DNA from: Podarcis pityusensis
Taxonomy: Eukaryota
Strand: one strand, 5' to 3'
DNA length: 64,000 nucleotides
Assembly (NCBI GenBank): GCA_964106645.2
Contig: OZ067039.1
A program made the translations under genes and the position numbers. The notes under the pieces are model-generated. The model did no database searches. It saw only the letters and a program-made list of their open reading frames with translations, and had not been told where the DNA came from. This document shows, in pieces, positions 25,327 to 37,825 of this stretch; the first letter of the stretch is position 1, and the number at the start of each line of letters is the position of its first letter.

Positions 25327-27031
25327 CATTCCAGGAGCAGAGACAGCCCCATCAGAGGAGGCCCAGCTGCAAGGGATGAGAAAGGAGATGGGCATGACGA
25401 GAACAGCAACGGGAGGCTTTTCAACAGGTGAAGTAGGAACAGTAGTTTCAACACTACACTGTACATATCTGCAAGTATATGACTTTCATGTGTTTTATGA
25501 GGGCTTGTCTATATATAACTTCTCAATTATGAAATATTTAACCTGAAAGTAGATGCTTACCCAGTTAAGACTTCAAGAAACATAGAGTCACTAGAGAATT
25601 CTGTCTCCTCAAAGCAGACCTGACTGGCCCCAGCAAGATCCCTGCTATGCTTAGAAAGTGCCTCAGAACTGCTGTTTACACAAATTTTCTTCTTACTCAG
25701 CAGAACTGAAGTAAAGGGGGCCAAAAATCAGTAACCTGACCTCTTCCTACCAGACTGCCAGACTCCTTAGTTATGATCACTGAGGAGCTCATCGTATTTA
25801 TACTTAAAACTGAGCTTGCTCATCTCTCTCCACACCTTTGAATCATTATTTTCAAGTACTGTACAATGCTTCTAGACAAGGCACATCTATTTTGCTTCCT
25901 ATTTGCCACAAGCTTTGTAAGTAACTGCAATTATCTAAATATCCAAGGGATAATACATTGTCCAGGTTGCCATGTCAGACACCCAGAATGAGAATCAAGA
26001 CAGCTGTTCATCATCTCCTATCCTGCTACAATGAGACCAGGAAAGAGACATGCTACGCATCAGTCTGTTAGGAACACTAGGTTTGAAGTATCCTTTTACA
26101 GAGAATGGAATCAGACTAGATTAACTTTCTCTGTCCTTCTAACATTACCGTTTTAGAATTAGAATCAGTTTGTGGAGATCTCCGTCAAAAGGACATCAAA
26201 CCGCAGCTAGCTATTGTCACACAAACCATCTCCATATAATCACAATCTAAATATCTATGACATACTGATTAAGTTGCCCAGTCCCCAGTAGCCAAGCCGC
26301 TCTCAAACTGGCAGAGGACAGATTGCCCTCCAGAGTTGTGGCTGTAGACGATAGCATGCTTCAGCTAGCTTCACTGTGGGAACTTCACACAAGGGACTCA
26401 GGGTAGGACAGCATGCACTTGTTGCACAGACGTGCTCCATTATACAAATCAAGCAGAGCTGTGCAGGCACAAACAAGGGAATCTGCATCTCTGTGCCCTT
26501 CCCACTTCAGTGTGACAGCATGCCAAGCACCTTCACAGAGTCCTTGAGGACATCGTGCCTGTCTGACAAAGACGGCATAGACAAGTAGCAGCAATTTCCA
26601 TAAAGGTATTCAGGAACTACCATTTTACAAAGTCTATAAAGCTAGCCAAAACAGTAAAGTTAAGACCTACATGTACAGAGAGAGCGAGCACTGAGGACAC
26701 GCAAGCAGACAGGGCAAACATACATACTGGCATAAATCTACAAGCACTTAGGAATAGGTCTCTTACAAAAGTTCTGCCAAGTAACCCTTTTTTTCTCTCT
26801 CTCTCCCTCACACACACACACTCCCCACATACAGTTACTTCTGTCCTAATGCACATAAACTGCACATGGATATACACTGTATGACATATGCTCAGAAAGC
26901 TACAGTTGTCACAACATTTTGAATGCAGGCAAAATACAGACAAGTAGCAGAGAGGAAGAATCTCAGGTGAATCCCCTTCCCAACCATCTCCTGAACTTGC
27001 ACCCTTCTCTGCCTTATCGCCAAGTGAGAAA

Positions 27032-27316
27032 GTGAGTCAGCAAGTCACCCTCTCTCCCCCAGCTAACCCTTTTGACAGGTCCCATCAGCCGGTCAGCCCC
27101 TACCTCCCTTTGTGCAGCATATACCTAGTGGTGACCTCATGTTGATGAGTCAGCAGTGTCTGGGCTCTGCACACAGTAGGCTGTGCCAGGGGATGCAATG
27201 GGGTGATTTAGATCGCCCCCCCTCCAATCCCAAATACTCTCTACATATTCCCCTTCTTGTGCCCCACCCCACATAGACTCACTCTTTCCCCCACCCAGAC
27301 ACCTGATGAGTCAGCA
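27032..27316. promoter_or_regulatory. Cluster of three CNC-sMaf/ARE sites (RTGAGTCAGCA) in MAFG intron 1
   Basis: GTGAGTCAGCA at 27032-27042; TGATGAGTCAGCA at 27143-27155 and 27304-27316. Confidence 0.75.
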
Positions 27317-27499
27317 CGGCAAGCCCTTTAACATTAGCAGACATGGCTGCACATCCCTGGAGACACACACAAGTGTGTAGGGAGCAGCTCCCCCCCCCCC
27401 ACTCTAGGCAGGGGAGAGGGCGCACCTGCCCGAAGAAACGGAATAATAAGGTGCCCAACTACTTTTTCATCCCCACTACTTGAGAAGCAAACTCAACAA

Positions 27500-28850
27500 C
27501 AATAAGGATCGAGGCAAAACCGGGGGTGAGGTGGCAATGGCATTTCTCTCCTCCTAACGACAGCGGTGGGGAAATAAATACGGCCACCCACGCCGCAGAA
27601 ACCCCTCAGAAGGAAAGAAAGGGGGGAAGCCACCCACCCATCTGTCAGCAACAGAAAATGAAGTCAACGAGCAGAGGAGAAGAAAGGAGGTGGGGAAACG
27701 AAGATCGGCTGCTGAAATACGGAAGCCCGCTCACCTAGACCCACCTATCCCTCCCCCCACACTATATTATCATTATCTCTCTCACACACAGGCGCACACA
27801 CCCGAGCGCACCCCCCCCCCCGAGCGCGCCAGAACATTCCCGGGTGGAAATTGGGGAGGGGGGCCCATGCTCCTGTCAACAGAAGTCTCCACCTACATTG
27901 CAAGAGTCGCTTCTTCAGATAATAATCATGAAAATAAATAAACACCGTGGAGAGAGAAACGCTGAACTCCACGGCGCCCGAAATTCCCGGGCGCAATTGG
28001 GAGAGCGAGAGGCAGGGCTCCCCTAAAAAAGACCCCCCTCCCCGCTTCTATGTCAGACGCGCCCCCCCCCCCCGCGCTTATTAATGCTCGCTCGCTCGCT
28101 CCCTCCCTCGTGGAGAAGGAGGGGGTGGCGGCGGCGGCGGCGCTGGCTTGCCTTCCTCCCTCTTCCCCCAAAGGTGGAACCCGGGGCTCCAGGCCGCCCG
28201 CGCAGTCTCTCACCCTCTCCGCTCGGTGCCGCCGGGGGAGGGGGGGAGCCGGGGCGGGGAGGGGGGGAGGCCGCCACGCAGAGAGGGACCGAGAGTCCGG
28301 GGTCCGCCGCTGCCGCCGCTCACGGACACGTCACGTGATGTTTGGGTCACGTGCCTCCATTCATGAAGCCGTTCGGTGCAACCGCCCCGAGCCTTAAAGG
28401 GGAGGCGCCCGGAGGTTTCCCCCTCCGACGGTTCAAGATAGACGTTTTGAATATCGGCTATATTCAAGCGGGGGGGGGGGTGTGGAAATAGGTGGAAGGC
28501 GGAAATAAAGAGGAGCCGGAAGGCAGGAGTGGGGCTGCGGAGCCGGTGGGGAAACAAGTGGCTCGCCTGGCGGGCGAGGACAGAGCCAAGGCTGGGCACC
28601 TAAGCGCGGATCGCGCCTGGAGCTCCTACAGGGAGTGGGTTGGGGGGGCACCGTCTCGTGGGTAGGCCCCCGCTGCTTAAGCCATTTGGGGACAAATCCG
28701 ACGGAGCCCCGTTGGGCTTCTGGGATTTGAACAAAAGGAATGAAATCAAGGCCGAGGCTTGGAGTCTAATATAAACAGTCCGCTAGACGAGATCCAGCTT
28801 CAAGAAGGGCTTTCACAGACGAGCGATTTCTGCGGGGTGGGTGAAGGACT
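27500..28850. promoter_or_regulatory. MAFG CpG-island promoter
   Basis: CpG-rich. E-boxes TCACGTGA at 28331-28338 and CACGTG at 28348-28353; G-runs at 28234-28270. Confidence 0.85.
28214..28330 (-). other. MAFG: Putative non-coding first exon of MAFG (5' limit approximate)
   Basis: GC-rich segment ending in an AGG|GTGAGA donor at 28213, just downstream of the E-boxes. Confidence 0.55.
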
Positions 28851-29054
28851 GGGAACTCAGGAAGCCCCCCGTTTATTCCTTCCTTCTTCTGTTGCCTCCT
28901 TGGAGAAGAAACTTTTGAGAGGGGGCAGCAGAAGAGCTGTGTGGGAAACCCAGGGCACCATGTGCATGTCGTGTAGGCATGCATGCCTTTGTGTGGCAGA
29001 GAGCGCACCCTAGCCCTGGTTCACAGATTAAAAGTTTGCTAACCACGGATCCTA

Positions 29055-30560
29055 AGGTAAGAGGAGCTCTGAAGGAGCAGACAAATGACCCATCCAGTCC
29101 AGCATCCTGCCCTCGTATAGTGGTCAACTGGATGCCTCTAGAGGGCCCACAAGCAAGACCCTAGTGCAATAGCAGTCTCCCCTTTTCTGATTCGCAGCAA
29201 CTGGTATTCAGAGGTATTCTGCCTCCAACCGTAGAGCTAGAATGTGGCCACCATGGTTAGTGGTCATTGGCAGCCGTATTCTCAATGAATTTGTCTAAAC
29301 CTTTTTTAAAGTCATCCACTGCTGGTGGCCATCACTAGAATCTTGTGGAAGCAACTTAAATGCACTTTGTGAAGTACTTTTTTCAATCCTGCATCTTCCA
29401 ACATTCAGTTTCAATGGATGGCCCCAAGTTATAGTTGAATGTGGGAGACAAACTTCTCACTGTCCATCTTCTCCACAACAGATATGTGTTTGCACATATC
29501 ATGTCATGTTTTCTCAACCATAAAGCTCCATTTGTGGTAGCCTTTCCCTTAAAGGAGGGTTCCTCAAGACTGTTGATCAATTTGGTTGCCCTTTCCTGAA
29601 CCATTCCAGTTCTACAATATCCCTTGAGGTGAGGCAACCAGAACTGTACACAACATTTCAGATTTGGCCACATGAAAGATTAGTATAATATAATTATTAT
29701 TGTGTTGTTGGATTTCAACCCCTTTCCTTATTATCCTCAACATGGAACTTGCCTTTTTCACAGCTGCTACACTGGGTTAACATTTTGAGCTATTCACCAC
29801 AACCCCAAGGTCTTACTCTTTTGTCAGTCACCATCAGTTCAGACCCCAGTAGCAGTTCCATTAAGCCAATGTGCATCATTTATACTTGCTTACATTGAAC
29901 TACATTTGACATTTTAATGCCCAGTCTTCTCTGTTTGGAACGATCCCTTTTTAACTCATTGCAAATCCTTTTATTTTAAACCCCATGAACAGTTTGCTAT
30001 CATCAGCAAACCTGGCAACCTCATTGCTCTCACCCTTAACTCCTGGTTGTTTATGAACAAGCTATAAAGCAAGGGTCCCATACCACTTCCCAGGAGACTC
30101 ATTTCCCATATTCCTCCACTGGGAGAACTGCCCTTTTATTCTACTCTCAGCTTCCTGTTCCTTAAGCACTAACTGATCCATAAAATGACCCGTCCTCTTA
30201 TTCCATGACTTCTAAGCTTACTCAGGAGTCTTTGCTGTGGGACTTTCCACATGTCAACTGAATCACCCCTATTTTATGGTTGTTGACTCTCAAAAAAAAC
30301 ACTCTAAATGTTTAGTGAAAGGGCTTACCTTTACAGAAGCCATACTGGTTCCATTTCATCGAGGCTTGTTCTTCATGCTTGGACATTCTTTAATGATGTT
30401 TTCCATTAATTTTCCAAGAACAGATGTTATGTTAACCAAACTGTACTTTCTCAGCTCCTCTCTGGATCCCTTTTATAAATGGTGTTGCGTTGACCACTGT
30501 CAAGTCCTCTGGCTGATATTAGCAACAAGTTAGATATTCTTGTTCAATCAGCAATATTTA
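29055..30560 (-). mobile_element. Degraded CR1 LINE 3' fragment (end of RT ORF and 3'UTR)
   Basis: Minus-strand translation WPNLKCCVQFWLPHLK...VQERATKLI resembles the CR1 ORF2 C-terminus (PHLEYCVQFWSPH...VQRRATKMI). Many frameshifts; boundaries approximate. Confidence 0.8.
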
Positions 30561-33500
30561 CATTTTTGCCTTCCATTTCCCTTACTGGCATGGAAATGGT
30601 CAGATTCTGAGGGAAGGCTGCATCAGGCAGGCACATTGAATTGATGTTTTTTTAAAATGCATCTTCAGCACACAAATATATTTTTAACTGAAGAAAACAC
30701 TGACATCCCCCTTGCCTAGATAGATTTGGTATAACCAGTCTATGAACCTTTGTTAATTTATTCAGAAAGAGATACATGAAAGTATTACTCCCTGCCCTTA
30801 AGATGCTGTGATTATTCAGCAGTGAGGGGGAGCAATTTGGCATATTTTTAGAGGCACTGCTCTCCAATATTCTGCATGTTCCAGGATAGAGCCAGGTAGA
30901 CACTGGGTCTCAGCCTTGGCTCTCATTAAGCCTTGCTTCTAAAAAAAGTATACTGGTCACTGCTCCATATATAAATTGGTGATGTGCAGACTGGCTGGCA
31001 TAGGGATAAAAAAGTGAGGAGACAGAGTTGCTGTTTGAAAAGCTGTCCAGTGGGGGATTCTTTTTGCCAAAGGGTTCTTTAGTATTTAAGTTTCCAAAAC
31101 AGCAATTCTGTGGCTGACCCATCCAGATCTGTAAGGCTTAGAATGCCCTTCTAGACACCTTGTAGGATGACTGGCATTTCTTATTCTCTTGCTCGTAGTT
31201 GGTACTGTACCTGTTCCGCAACTTTACCACAAGGAGTGTGCCTGAGCCAGCACTTTTGCAATTGATTTTCTCAAGCCAGGGAGACTTGCTTACTGGAAAG
31301 TTTTCCAAACCAATTCTGCCCATCATTGTATTTTGCCCAGCAGTGCTTGCCTCATGAGTGAAGAGATCATCCACCCAGCTGCTCTGCAACTAACCCCTGT
31401 TAAAAGACCCCTCCGGCTCCAGATTTACTGCTGATATATAAAGTTTGCTCAGAGCCAGAAGATGATTGTGCAGCAGGGGCCTTTCAGCCTGCAGGTGCTT
31501 GCCTGAACTGTCATAAGGCATTTTGGTTCACTTGCCCAGAAGCTAGCTGATTGAAGACAAGCCCTCATATCCCAAAATACACAGAGACCCAGTGATACAT
31601 GCTCAGCCATGGGCAGGACTCCTGGCAAGCACACCATTTCTCCAGAAATGCCTGAGCTGGATTAGGACCAGTCTTCTCATTGAGCAGCATGCGCCGTTTA
31701 TCTACATGCGGAAAAAGCAGCAGGGCAAGTGTGCTCCAGGAATAAAAGCTCCGCTGGCTTTTGGCTTCTGTTTGGAAATACTAGAAACCCACTGTCTGGT
31801 GCAGGTGTCAATTGGCACCTGCTGTAGGAATTGAATTGGTAATTGTTATCTAATTGCACTGTTTTACATACTGCATGAGAGAGAAAGGGGGAGCTGGGAA
31901 GGATGAACACTGAGCACATTTCTTCCTTTCCTCTCTTTACCTTCCTGCGCAGCCAGCCCCAAATCTCGGCCCATGTTTCTAATGCCCACTCTGCAATGCT
32001 GTCCCCCCCTCCCTTAGGAATGCTCCCCCTCCCCACGCTTCTGTTCAGTCTTTGCTGTGTCTACACTTTCTCAAAACTGCGGAAATTGCAGGGAGCAGCG
32101 AGGTCTGGACTGAAAGTGCTGATGTAGGGAAGCAGCGCTCACAGCTGTTTCTTGCTTAGGTGCCTGGGACAGGAATGCTGCGGCATGCTCTAAGCCCAGA
32201 GATGAGGCACTGCATAAACTACTGTAGCAATGGAGAAAAGCCTGAGCCAGATCCGTTTTCCCCTCCGGAGTTCCAACAGGAGACAAGGCACCCCCCCCTT
32301 TTTTTGTTTCACACGCACACTCTATTGATACAAGATCTCATGCAAAAGTGAGAGGAAGCTGAACCTGGTTCTTGAAGAAAAGACCACCTTACACAATGCT
32401 TGACACAATGCAGCAGCTTGCTGACACTTCCCTTTTCCCACCCACAGAGTTTTAGCAATAAAGTTGTCTGCCTAAATGTGCTGAGTCTGTAATTCTGGGA
32501 GGAGCAGGAGATGTGTTAAATGATGGTGGTACTGAAAAGCCTGATGAGATCCGATGGCCAGATTAAAGGAGGAGCAGGAAGAGGATTGAAGGGTAGATGG
32601 TACAAAAGAAGCTCTGACCCATATCAGACATTACTCTTAACAGCTAGCGCCAAAAAGAAAAGCCATTTGTGTGCAGGGTCTCCCCATTCTGGATGCTGAA
32701 TTGTTGCTCCAGACACTTGGGTTTGAAGATATTATTACAAATAAAGAGTGGAAATGGAGTGCCTTTAAGTGAAATTAAGCACTCAATAAATTCCACTCTA
32801 GGTTGTCAGTTGCTCTGTAACTCTTTGAAATGTAATTTGGTACTGGCAATTCAATCTTTGAAATTATGAATCAGCCTTGCTGCTGCTGCAGGTTCTATGT
32901 AGTGATAGGTCTGGGTATATAATCCATTATGTTAGCTACGTCATTCTCTTCTGCCTTTTTATTTCTCTTTCCTTTCACTTTTCACATTTTCCTTCTTTCT
33001 AGGCAAGGATATAGGGCCTAGGAAGAACAGGATTGTTGGGTGAAGGTTTACATAGATTATTTGCTTTAAAGCCCTTTTGAAAACTCCTCCCATAATGTAG
33101 ATAAGGGGGTGCAGAGTTTACAACCACCAAAGTAACAAACATCTTTTGGGGGGAGATACACCTATACCTGAGTAAAACTGGTAGTTGTGCTTGTTAAACA
33201 TACAGAATCCATAGATGTAATAGTAAAGAACAAACTGCATTCTGACATGTCACACTTCTAACGTACACTGAATAGAAATTGTTCTGGTTATATTTATTCA
33301 CGAAAATAATAAAAACAAATTATTTAAAGCTTTTAAAATGTCATTTAAATTTAATGATTTTTTTTTTTAAATCAACAAAATGTGCACAGCCTGAGCCTAT
33401 GCTTTGGCAAATTAAGCTTATGGCTAAAGGCTACATCACACATGTGGCTGTGTTTCTTTTTCCTTTGACTGTTTTTTTGTGAAGTAACCAAACACCCTTC

Positions 33501-33650
33501 AGGCACTGAGAGTTAAGCAGGAAGGGGAAAGGATAAGAGCCCCCTTTACTCTTTCTTTACCTGTCAGGAAAGTCCCAGTATCTTTCCCTCAGCAGGTGGG
33601 GCAACAGATTGCCTTCTCAAAATCATTCCCCTTATTGCATGCTCATATTT

Positions 33651-33880
33651 CTTGGATTGTGATAAGACACCCAAGGACACAATATTCTTTCCTACACACT
33701 TGCTGCGTTTCCTAGTTCCTACTTGTTCAGATGCGTGGAGATGGGAAGCATATGCTCAGTCTCTCTAGACAGATTTTCTTCCTGTCCTCTGGAAAATAAA
33801 TCCTGTGATTCTCAACCTGAGATTTGGTGTGTGGATTGTGTGTTTATTACATGCATTCCTTGTTCAGAGAGGCTAGTGCA
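33651..33880 (+). mobile_element. LTR-like repeat, copy 1 (aligned portion)
   Basis: Homologous to the reverse complement of 39916-40164. AATAAA at 33795 followed by a GT-rich segment ending in CA. Confidence 0.6.
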
Positions 33881-34076
33881 TGGGAACTTCTTTCCATTCA
33901 CAATGTTATCATTGTATCAGAAGGGCAGGAAGAGCCACATTTCTCATCCCATTTAGTTCGGCCCTGAAAGTGTGCTGAGGACTGCAGCCATTGCTGCTTA
34001 ATCCATGGGGCAAATGGTAAAGGGCACACAGTACTCACAAATTATTATTATTTTAGTCGTTGCTGGTTCTGGTGTA

Positions 34077-34301
34077 CAGTGGTACCTCGGGTTACAGACG
34101 CTTCAGGTTACAGACGCTTCAGGTTACAGACTCCGCTAACCCAGAAATAGTACCTCGGGTTAAGAACTTTGCTTCAGAATGAGAACAGAAATTGTGCAGC
34201 GGTGGCGCAGCGGCAGCAGGAGGCCCCATTAGCTAAAGTGGTGCTTCAGGTTAAGAACAGACCTCCAGAACGGATCAAGTTCTTAACTCGAGGTACCACT
34301 G
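34077..34301. mobile_element. Tc1/mariner-pogo-type MITE, family A
   Basis: Perfect 13-bp TIRs with TA on both sides. Confidence 0.9.
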
Positions 34302-35425
34302 TACTTTACAATAGGGAATGAGAAAGGAAAAGATGGTCGTTCCTCCCCCCCCCCTTTAAAACCACATTGTAAGTTATGTTATGCTTCCTCCAGTATCTCA
34401 AAACACACCTATACTGTACAATCATTTGTTGTATTACATACATGTATTGAATTGAATTGTTATAATATAGACACCTGTACAGTTAGGTTTATAAGCAAAT
34501 TATTTAAAAATGTAATAAACTGATTTTAAAAACCACAGATGCTTAAGCCATTAAACATTCCTAGGACAACCCTAGTGTGCTCATGCTGTCAGGTATTCAT
34601 TAGTTGTTTCTGCAATGGACCATTATAATCACCCACCAGCAACAATGTAAATCAATAGTCCAAAATCAGCAGCCCCCATTCAGACATAAGAAAGAATGTG
34701 ACAGTCCTCTCCCCACCTCCCAGAACTATTCCACTTGTGCTCATTCAGAAGTAAATATGGAATAGGGTGTCATGCCATGTCACCTTGACCTAAGTTCCAG
34801 CAAGCGTATGGAGTGTTTGTGGAAGTAACTGAGAAGCCATACATAAATGGTTTAATAGCAGCAAGCAGACATGAAAGCTAATGCCACAGGCAGGCATGAG
34901 AGCTAATGCCAAAGTGGAAAAGTACCCACAGAATTCTAGATTGATCCATCATCATTCTAGCGTTCTTTCTGTTTCAAATGAACAAAGTTTCTACCCCTAC
35001 AAGGCTTATTATGACATATACATACGAGTCAGGGAACCTTTTTCGGCCTGAGGGCCAAATTATCTTCTGAATCTTCTGAGGGCCACATGCCAGTGCTGGG
35101 CGGATCCAGAGGCAAATATGGTATGCACATTTCAACTTTGTATAGTGGGCTACTTTCTCCAGCTGTCAACTTTTCACTTTTCTTGTGAGGAATCCTATTC
35201 GGAATAAGGGAATTTCCCTTAAAAAAGGGAAAAGTGGACAGCTATGCCACCTATCCTTCATCCAGACAAGTAAGAGGATACATTCCAGCCAGGCAAAAAC
35301 TCAGGGTGTGAAGCAAGAGTCAGTGAGGCGTGTGGCCTCAGTAGGCATTTGAAGGCTAGAAAGGCCTGACTGAGTGCACTGGGTCCCTGGGCCTGAGGTT
35401 CCCCAGACCATTTACAAGGACTATC

Positions 35426-35652
35426 CAGTGGTACCTCGGGTTACATACGCTTCAGGTTACATATGCCACTAACCCAGAAATATTACCTCGGGTTAAGAAC
35501 TTTGCTTCAGGATGAGAACAGAAATTGTGCTCCGGCGGTGCGGCAGCAGCGGGAGGCCCCATTAGCTAAAGTGGTGCTTCAGGTTAAGAACAGTTTCAGG
35601 TTAAGAACAGACCTCCGGAACGAATTAAGTACTTAACCCGAGGTACCTACTG
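35426..35652. mobile_element. Tc1/mariner-pogo-type MITE, family A
   Basis: CAGTGGTACCTCGGG...CCCGAGGTACCTACTG-TA. Confidence 0.88.
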
Positions 35653-35707
35653 TAAAAGGAACAGATAGGTTAGGGAAACAGCTCCACGTATGCAGGTGGA
35701 GAAAGAA

Positions 35708-35837
35708 CAGGGCTTTTTTTTCCAGCCAGAACCTTCCGTAACTCAGTTCTGGTACCTCTCAGGTGGGCGCCATTGCCATTGTAAGAGAACAAGGGAGGCG
35801 ATCATGGTGAAACCTCTTTTTATAGAAAAATAGCACA
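35708..35837. mobile_element. Short MITE with CAGGGCTTTTTT...AAAAATAGCAC termini
   Basis: A homologous copy lies at about 41475-41609 and related termini at about 38574-38720. Confidence 0.6.
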
Positions 35838-37672
35838 GAAAGAATCTTGGAGAACCATGTCTTGCCTCAAAGTACTCTTCTTTGGGAGCAAGCCTCTCGT
35901 AACAGCAACATCCTGTGAAATGGAGAGACCAACTATATTCAGCCCTTGCAATTACTGAGGATGCAACCAGTAGCCTTCAGAGAAAAGAGCCGCTCAGCAA
36001 ATCTGCAGCTTCAGGGCACAAACTGCTCCTCAAGGCAATGTGTACAGATCAGCGTTCCTTGTGGGGTAGCTCCTCCTCCAGCCATACCCACAGTTGGGTG
36101 GCAAAGAGGACTTTGCCCTTGAACTGGAAGAACAACTGCCCTTTGCTCAGCAGCTGCTAGGCATTATGAAGAAGGGACAAGGTGGCCCAATGTACATGAC
36201 GAATATGGTATTTGTCCCGCAGCAAACAGAGGCTTCCTTCATCACAAAGGTAGGTGCTTGGGTTATTCTTCATGCTTGGGTGGATGGGTCATTCACTTTC
36301 AAGGTTGGATTCAGACTGTGATCGCACACTGTGGGCCTAGTGCAAATACTACCCACTCCAGGCCTCGTGCCACAGAAATGGAGGCCATAACCGCGACAGA
36401 AGCTTCAGTGCAGTGAGCAAAATCTACAAGGCCATTTCTCTCCCTTTTGTGGCAGCTGGACATCCTCTTGGGTATACAAACTTCAGCAACACACCATATC
36501 ATAAGGAAGTTAAGAAGCATGGCTCTCTTAAGAGGTTTGCCTTACAGGGCCAGGCACTCACAAGTTGGGGTATCACTCTATTATACACATTCATCACACC
36601 CCTTTACAGATGTGGTGTCAGGGTACCTAACTACCACTGACCATTCTTCCCCTGCAGATCAGGCACAAATTATTATCAATGGGAAACTTTGAACAAGCTC
36701 ACATAAAACCATCTTCCCCCTTTCCCTTATTGGGGTATAGAGCAGAAAAACTTGGTCTCAAATCTTATCCTCTCTTCTTATCCTGTTGTAACTTTTACCT
36801 CGTGTTTCACCTGATGGTACAACTGTTTGGTGATCTGTTTGTTGAACTGCTAATGAGCAGCCATTTCCCACAGACAAGCAATCGAAGGACCATCCATAAA
36901 ACGTAGCGCATACCAAGACTGAGGAGATAGCAAAGTTCCGCCAGGAAAAGTTGAACATCAGTTAAAATTGGGTTGGGCAGATGCGACAGGCATGGGGAAG
37001 GTGCTTAGAAGGCCTTTAAAACTGTGGCTTCCTTTATGTACAGGACAGACCTTGCCAAGCGCTTTCACTGAACTGTGTGGCATTTTAAAAAACGAAACAG
37101 CAATCCAGAACCTTGGGAGTTCTGACAGGACACACTTCAGTAACATTGGCAACTGAGGAAAGTAAGCTGCTTCTATTTGCCTCTTTAAAGACTCCCATCA
37201 CAGAAAATGGTTGCCTACCCAGATGGAGAAGTGTTAGCTTATCCATGAGCAAAATGAGAGGGGAAATGGATAACTCTACAGAACAGCCCCCCAAAAGGAC
37301 AAAGGTGTCAGATATAGCATCTCCTCTTGTACACTGATCCACCCCATAGGCAGGTATAGGAAATGCTCAATATATACATGCTGAGATTCCTGCATTGCTG
37401 TGGGTTGCCCTAGATGTCCCTTGGGGACCCTTCCAGCTCTACAGTTTTATTATTCTATGGCCCTCTAGATGTTGTTAGACTCCATCTCGCCCAACCTATA
37501 CAGTGAGAAGGGATGATGGGAAGGTGTAACCCAACATCAGAAGGTCCACAGGTTCTCTATCCCTGCCATTTTGCATATATACCTCTCCACCAAAATTCTC
37601 TCCCCTTCTTACATACAATATATTTTTCACATATATAGTCACTTTACTCATTTGTATATCACTTTTCCATAT

Positions 37673-37825
37673 ACTGGATAGCTTGGCTGGTTAGAGCATG
37701 GTGCTGATAACGCCAAGGTTGCAGGTTTGATCCCCATATGGGACAGCTGCACATTCCTGCATTGCAGGGGGTTGGGCCAGATGATCCTCAGGGCCCCTAC
37801 CAACTCTACAATTCTAAGATTCTAT
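37673..37825 (+). mobile_element. tRNA-Ile-derived SINE with CR1-type 3' tail
   Basis: Head TAGCTTGGCTGGTTAGAGCATGGTGCTGATAACGCCAAGGTTGCAGGTTTGATCCCC, then ATTCCTGCATTGCAGGGGGTTGG...CCAACTCTACAATTCTAAGATTCTA. Tail-only copies at about 37386 and 56699. Confidence 0.8.

Noticed and set aside
29383-29673. 96-aa ORF upstream of MAFG as a novel gene
   Set aside because: It is a remnant of CR1 ORF2.
37673-37745. tRNA-Ile-like sequence with GAT anticodon
   Set aside because: The acceptor stem and T-loop are degenerate and it runs directly into a CR1-type tail, so it is a SINE head and not a tRNA gene.
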